Shown here one piece after another: positions 62,944 through 64,000 of a stretch of DNA of 64,000 bases. Below the pieces are notes generated by a model, which was given only the letters and a program-made list of their open reading frames with translations, was not told where the DNA came from and ran no database searches. Position 1 is the first letter of the stretch. Each line of letters starts with the position of its first letter. The position numbers were made by a program, and so were the translations under genes. This stretch comes from Mustelus asterias (lineage: Eukaryota). The stretch lies in the NCBI RefSeq assembly GCF_964213995.1, contig NW_027590155.1, positions 868,001 through 932,000 of the forward strand, in the 5' to 3' direction.

Positions 62944-64000
62944 TAACGTGTTCAGGGTGGAAGCTGGAGAGTGGAGCATCGTGAGGTTATCCGTGGGCTT
63001 GCGGTGCAGTGATTTGCTGAGGTGACCGTCCTTAATGGAGATGCGTGTGTCCAAGAATGCAACCAATTCCGGAGAGTAGTCCATGGTGAGTCTGATGGTC
63101 GGATGGAACTTGTTGATGTCATCATATAGTTGTTTCAGTGATTGTTCACCACGAGTCCAAAGGAAGAAAATGTCATCGATGTATCTAGTGTATAGCATCG
63201 ATTGAAGGCACTGTGCGGTGAAGTCGGCTTGGTCGAACCTGTGCATGAAGAGGTTGGCATATTGAGGTGCGAATTTGGCCCCCACGGCTGTTCGGTGTGT
63301 CTGGATGAAGAACTGGTTGTTGAAGGTGAAGACATTGTGGTCCAGGATGAAGCGGATGAGTTGTAAAATTGCATCTGGAAACTGGCAGTTTTCGGCGTTG
63401 AGTACTGAGGCCGTTGCAGCAATGCCATCATCGTGGGGGATGCTGGTGTAGAGTGCCGAGACATCCATTGTGACGAGGAGTGCTCCTGGTTCAACTGCTC
63501 CATGTGTGTTGAGTTTCTGTAGGAAGACCGCCGTGTCGCGACAAAAGCTGGGGGTTCTTTGTACCATGGGTTTCAGGATGCCCTCGACATAGCCGGAGAG
63601 GTTCTCGCACAGGGTCCCATTGCCCGATACGATGGGACGGCCGGGTGTTTTTACCTTGTGTATCTTTGGGAGGCAGTAGTGATCTCCAACGCGGGGAGTA
63701 CGTGGGATGAGAGCACGGAGGGTGCTCTGAAGGCCCGGATCAAAGGTTTTGATCGGAGTGCTGAGTTGACGGGTGTGTTCTTTAGTCGGATCTGTGGGTA
63801 ACTGTCTGTAGTGTTCCTCGTTGTTCAGTTGTCGGTACACCTCTTTGCAGTAATCCCTTCTGTTCAGTATGACGATGGCCTCTGAGTGCGGAATTGTCTC
63901 CTCAACTCAGTCCTAAATGGTTGACACACCATCCGGATAACGTGAGTCCAGTTCAAGGCACTCCAGATTCCAGCAAAAGGCAGGGGAGGAGTGGGGGTGG

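Larger units (their letters stand above)
61425..63880 (-). mobile_element. Penelope-like retroelement (RT + GIY-YIG), 5'-truncated, interrupted by a SINE
   Basis: LPKIHK..TPGRPIVS, MDVSALYTSIP, RYIDDIF, WYIGETMQ..RMNEHR...DGLNR; terminal repeat with a hammerhead. Confidence 0.93.

Noticed and set aside
1-64000. Prokaryotic-type systems (CRISPR array, operons, retrons)
   Set aside because: No regularly spaced repeat-spacer arrays. All RT ORFs belong to eukaryotic CR1, Rex1, other LINE or Penelope elements.

Overview
This is eukaryotic DNA, almost certainly from a cartilaginous fish (shark): it carries HE1/V-SINEs, HER1-like CR1 LINEs, a shark-type GPR139-like gene and TCR V segments. Bases 1-8.1 kb are Rex1/Babar and CR1 LINEs. 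Bases 8.2-11.5 kb hold three minus-strand T-cell receptor alpha/delta V segments with 23-RSS. Two are intact; the third is a pseudogene whose leader and V share one exon. They look like the 5' edge of a TRA/TRD V array. The remaining ~52 kb is a repeatedly duplicated and inverted tRNA cluster (Pro, Leu, Thr, Lys, Glu, Val, Cys, Asn; mostly decaying), mixed with CR1, Rex1, SINE and Penelope-like insertions and a GPR139-like pseudogene. The most notable observations are (1) a family of tRNA-Pro genes with a canonical 37/38 intron, an isotype not in the usual vertebrate intron set; (2) minimal hammerhead ribozymes in Penelope termini and in a 164-bp mini-element flanked by a target-site duplication (TSD); (3) a tRNA Pro/Leu/Thr cluster abutting TRAV genes; and (4) nested inverted segmental duplications. 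All calls were made by eye, and repeat boundaries are approximate.
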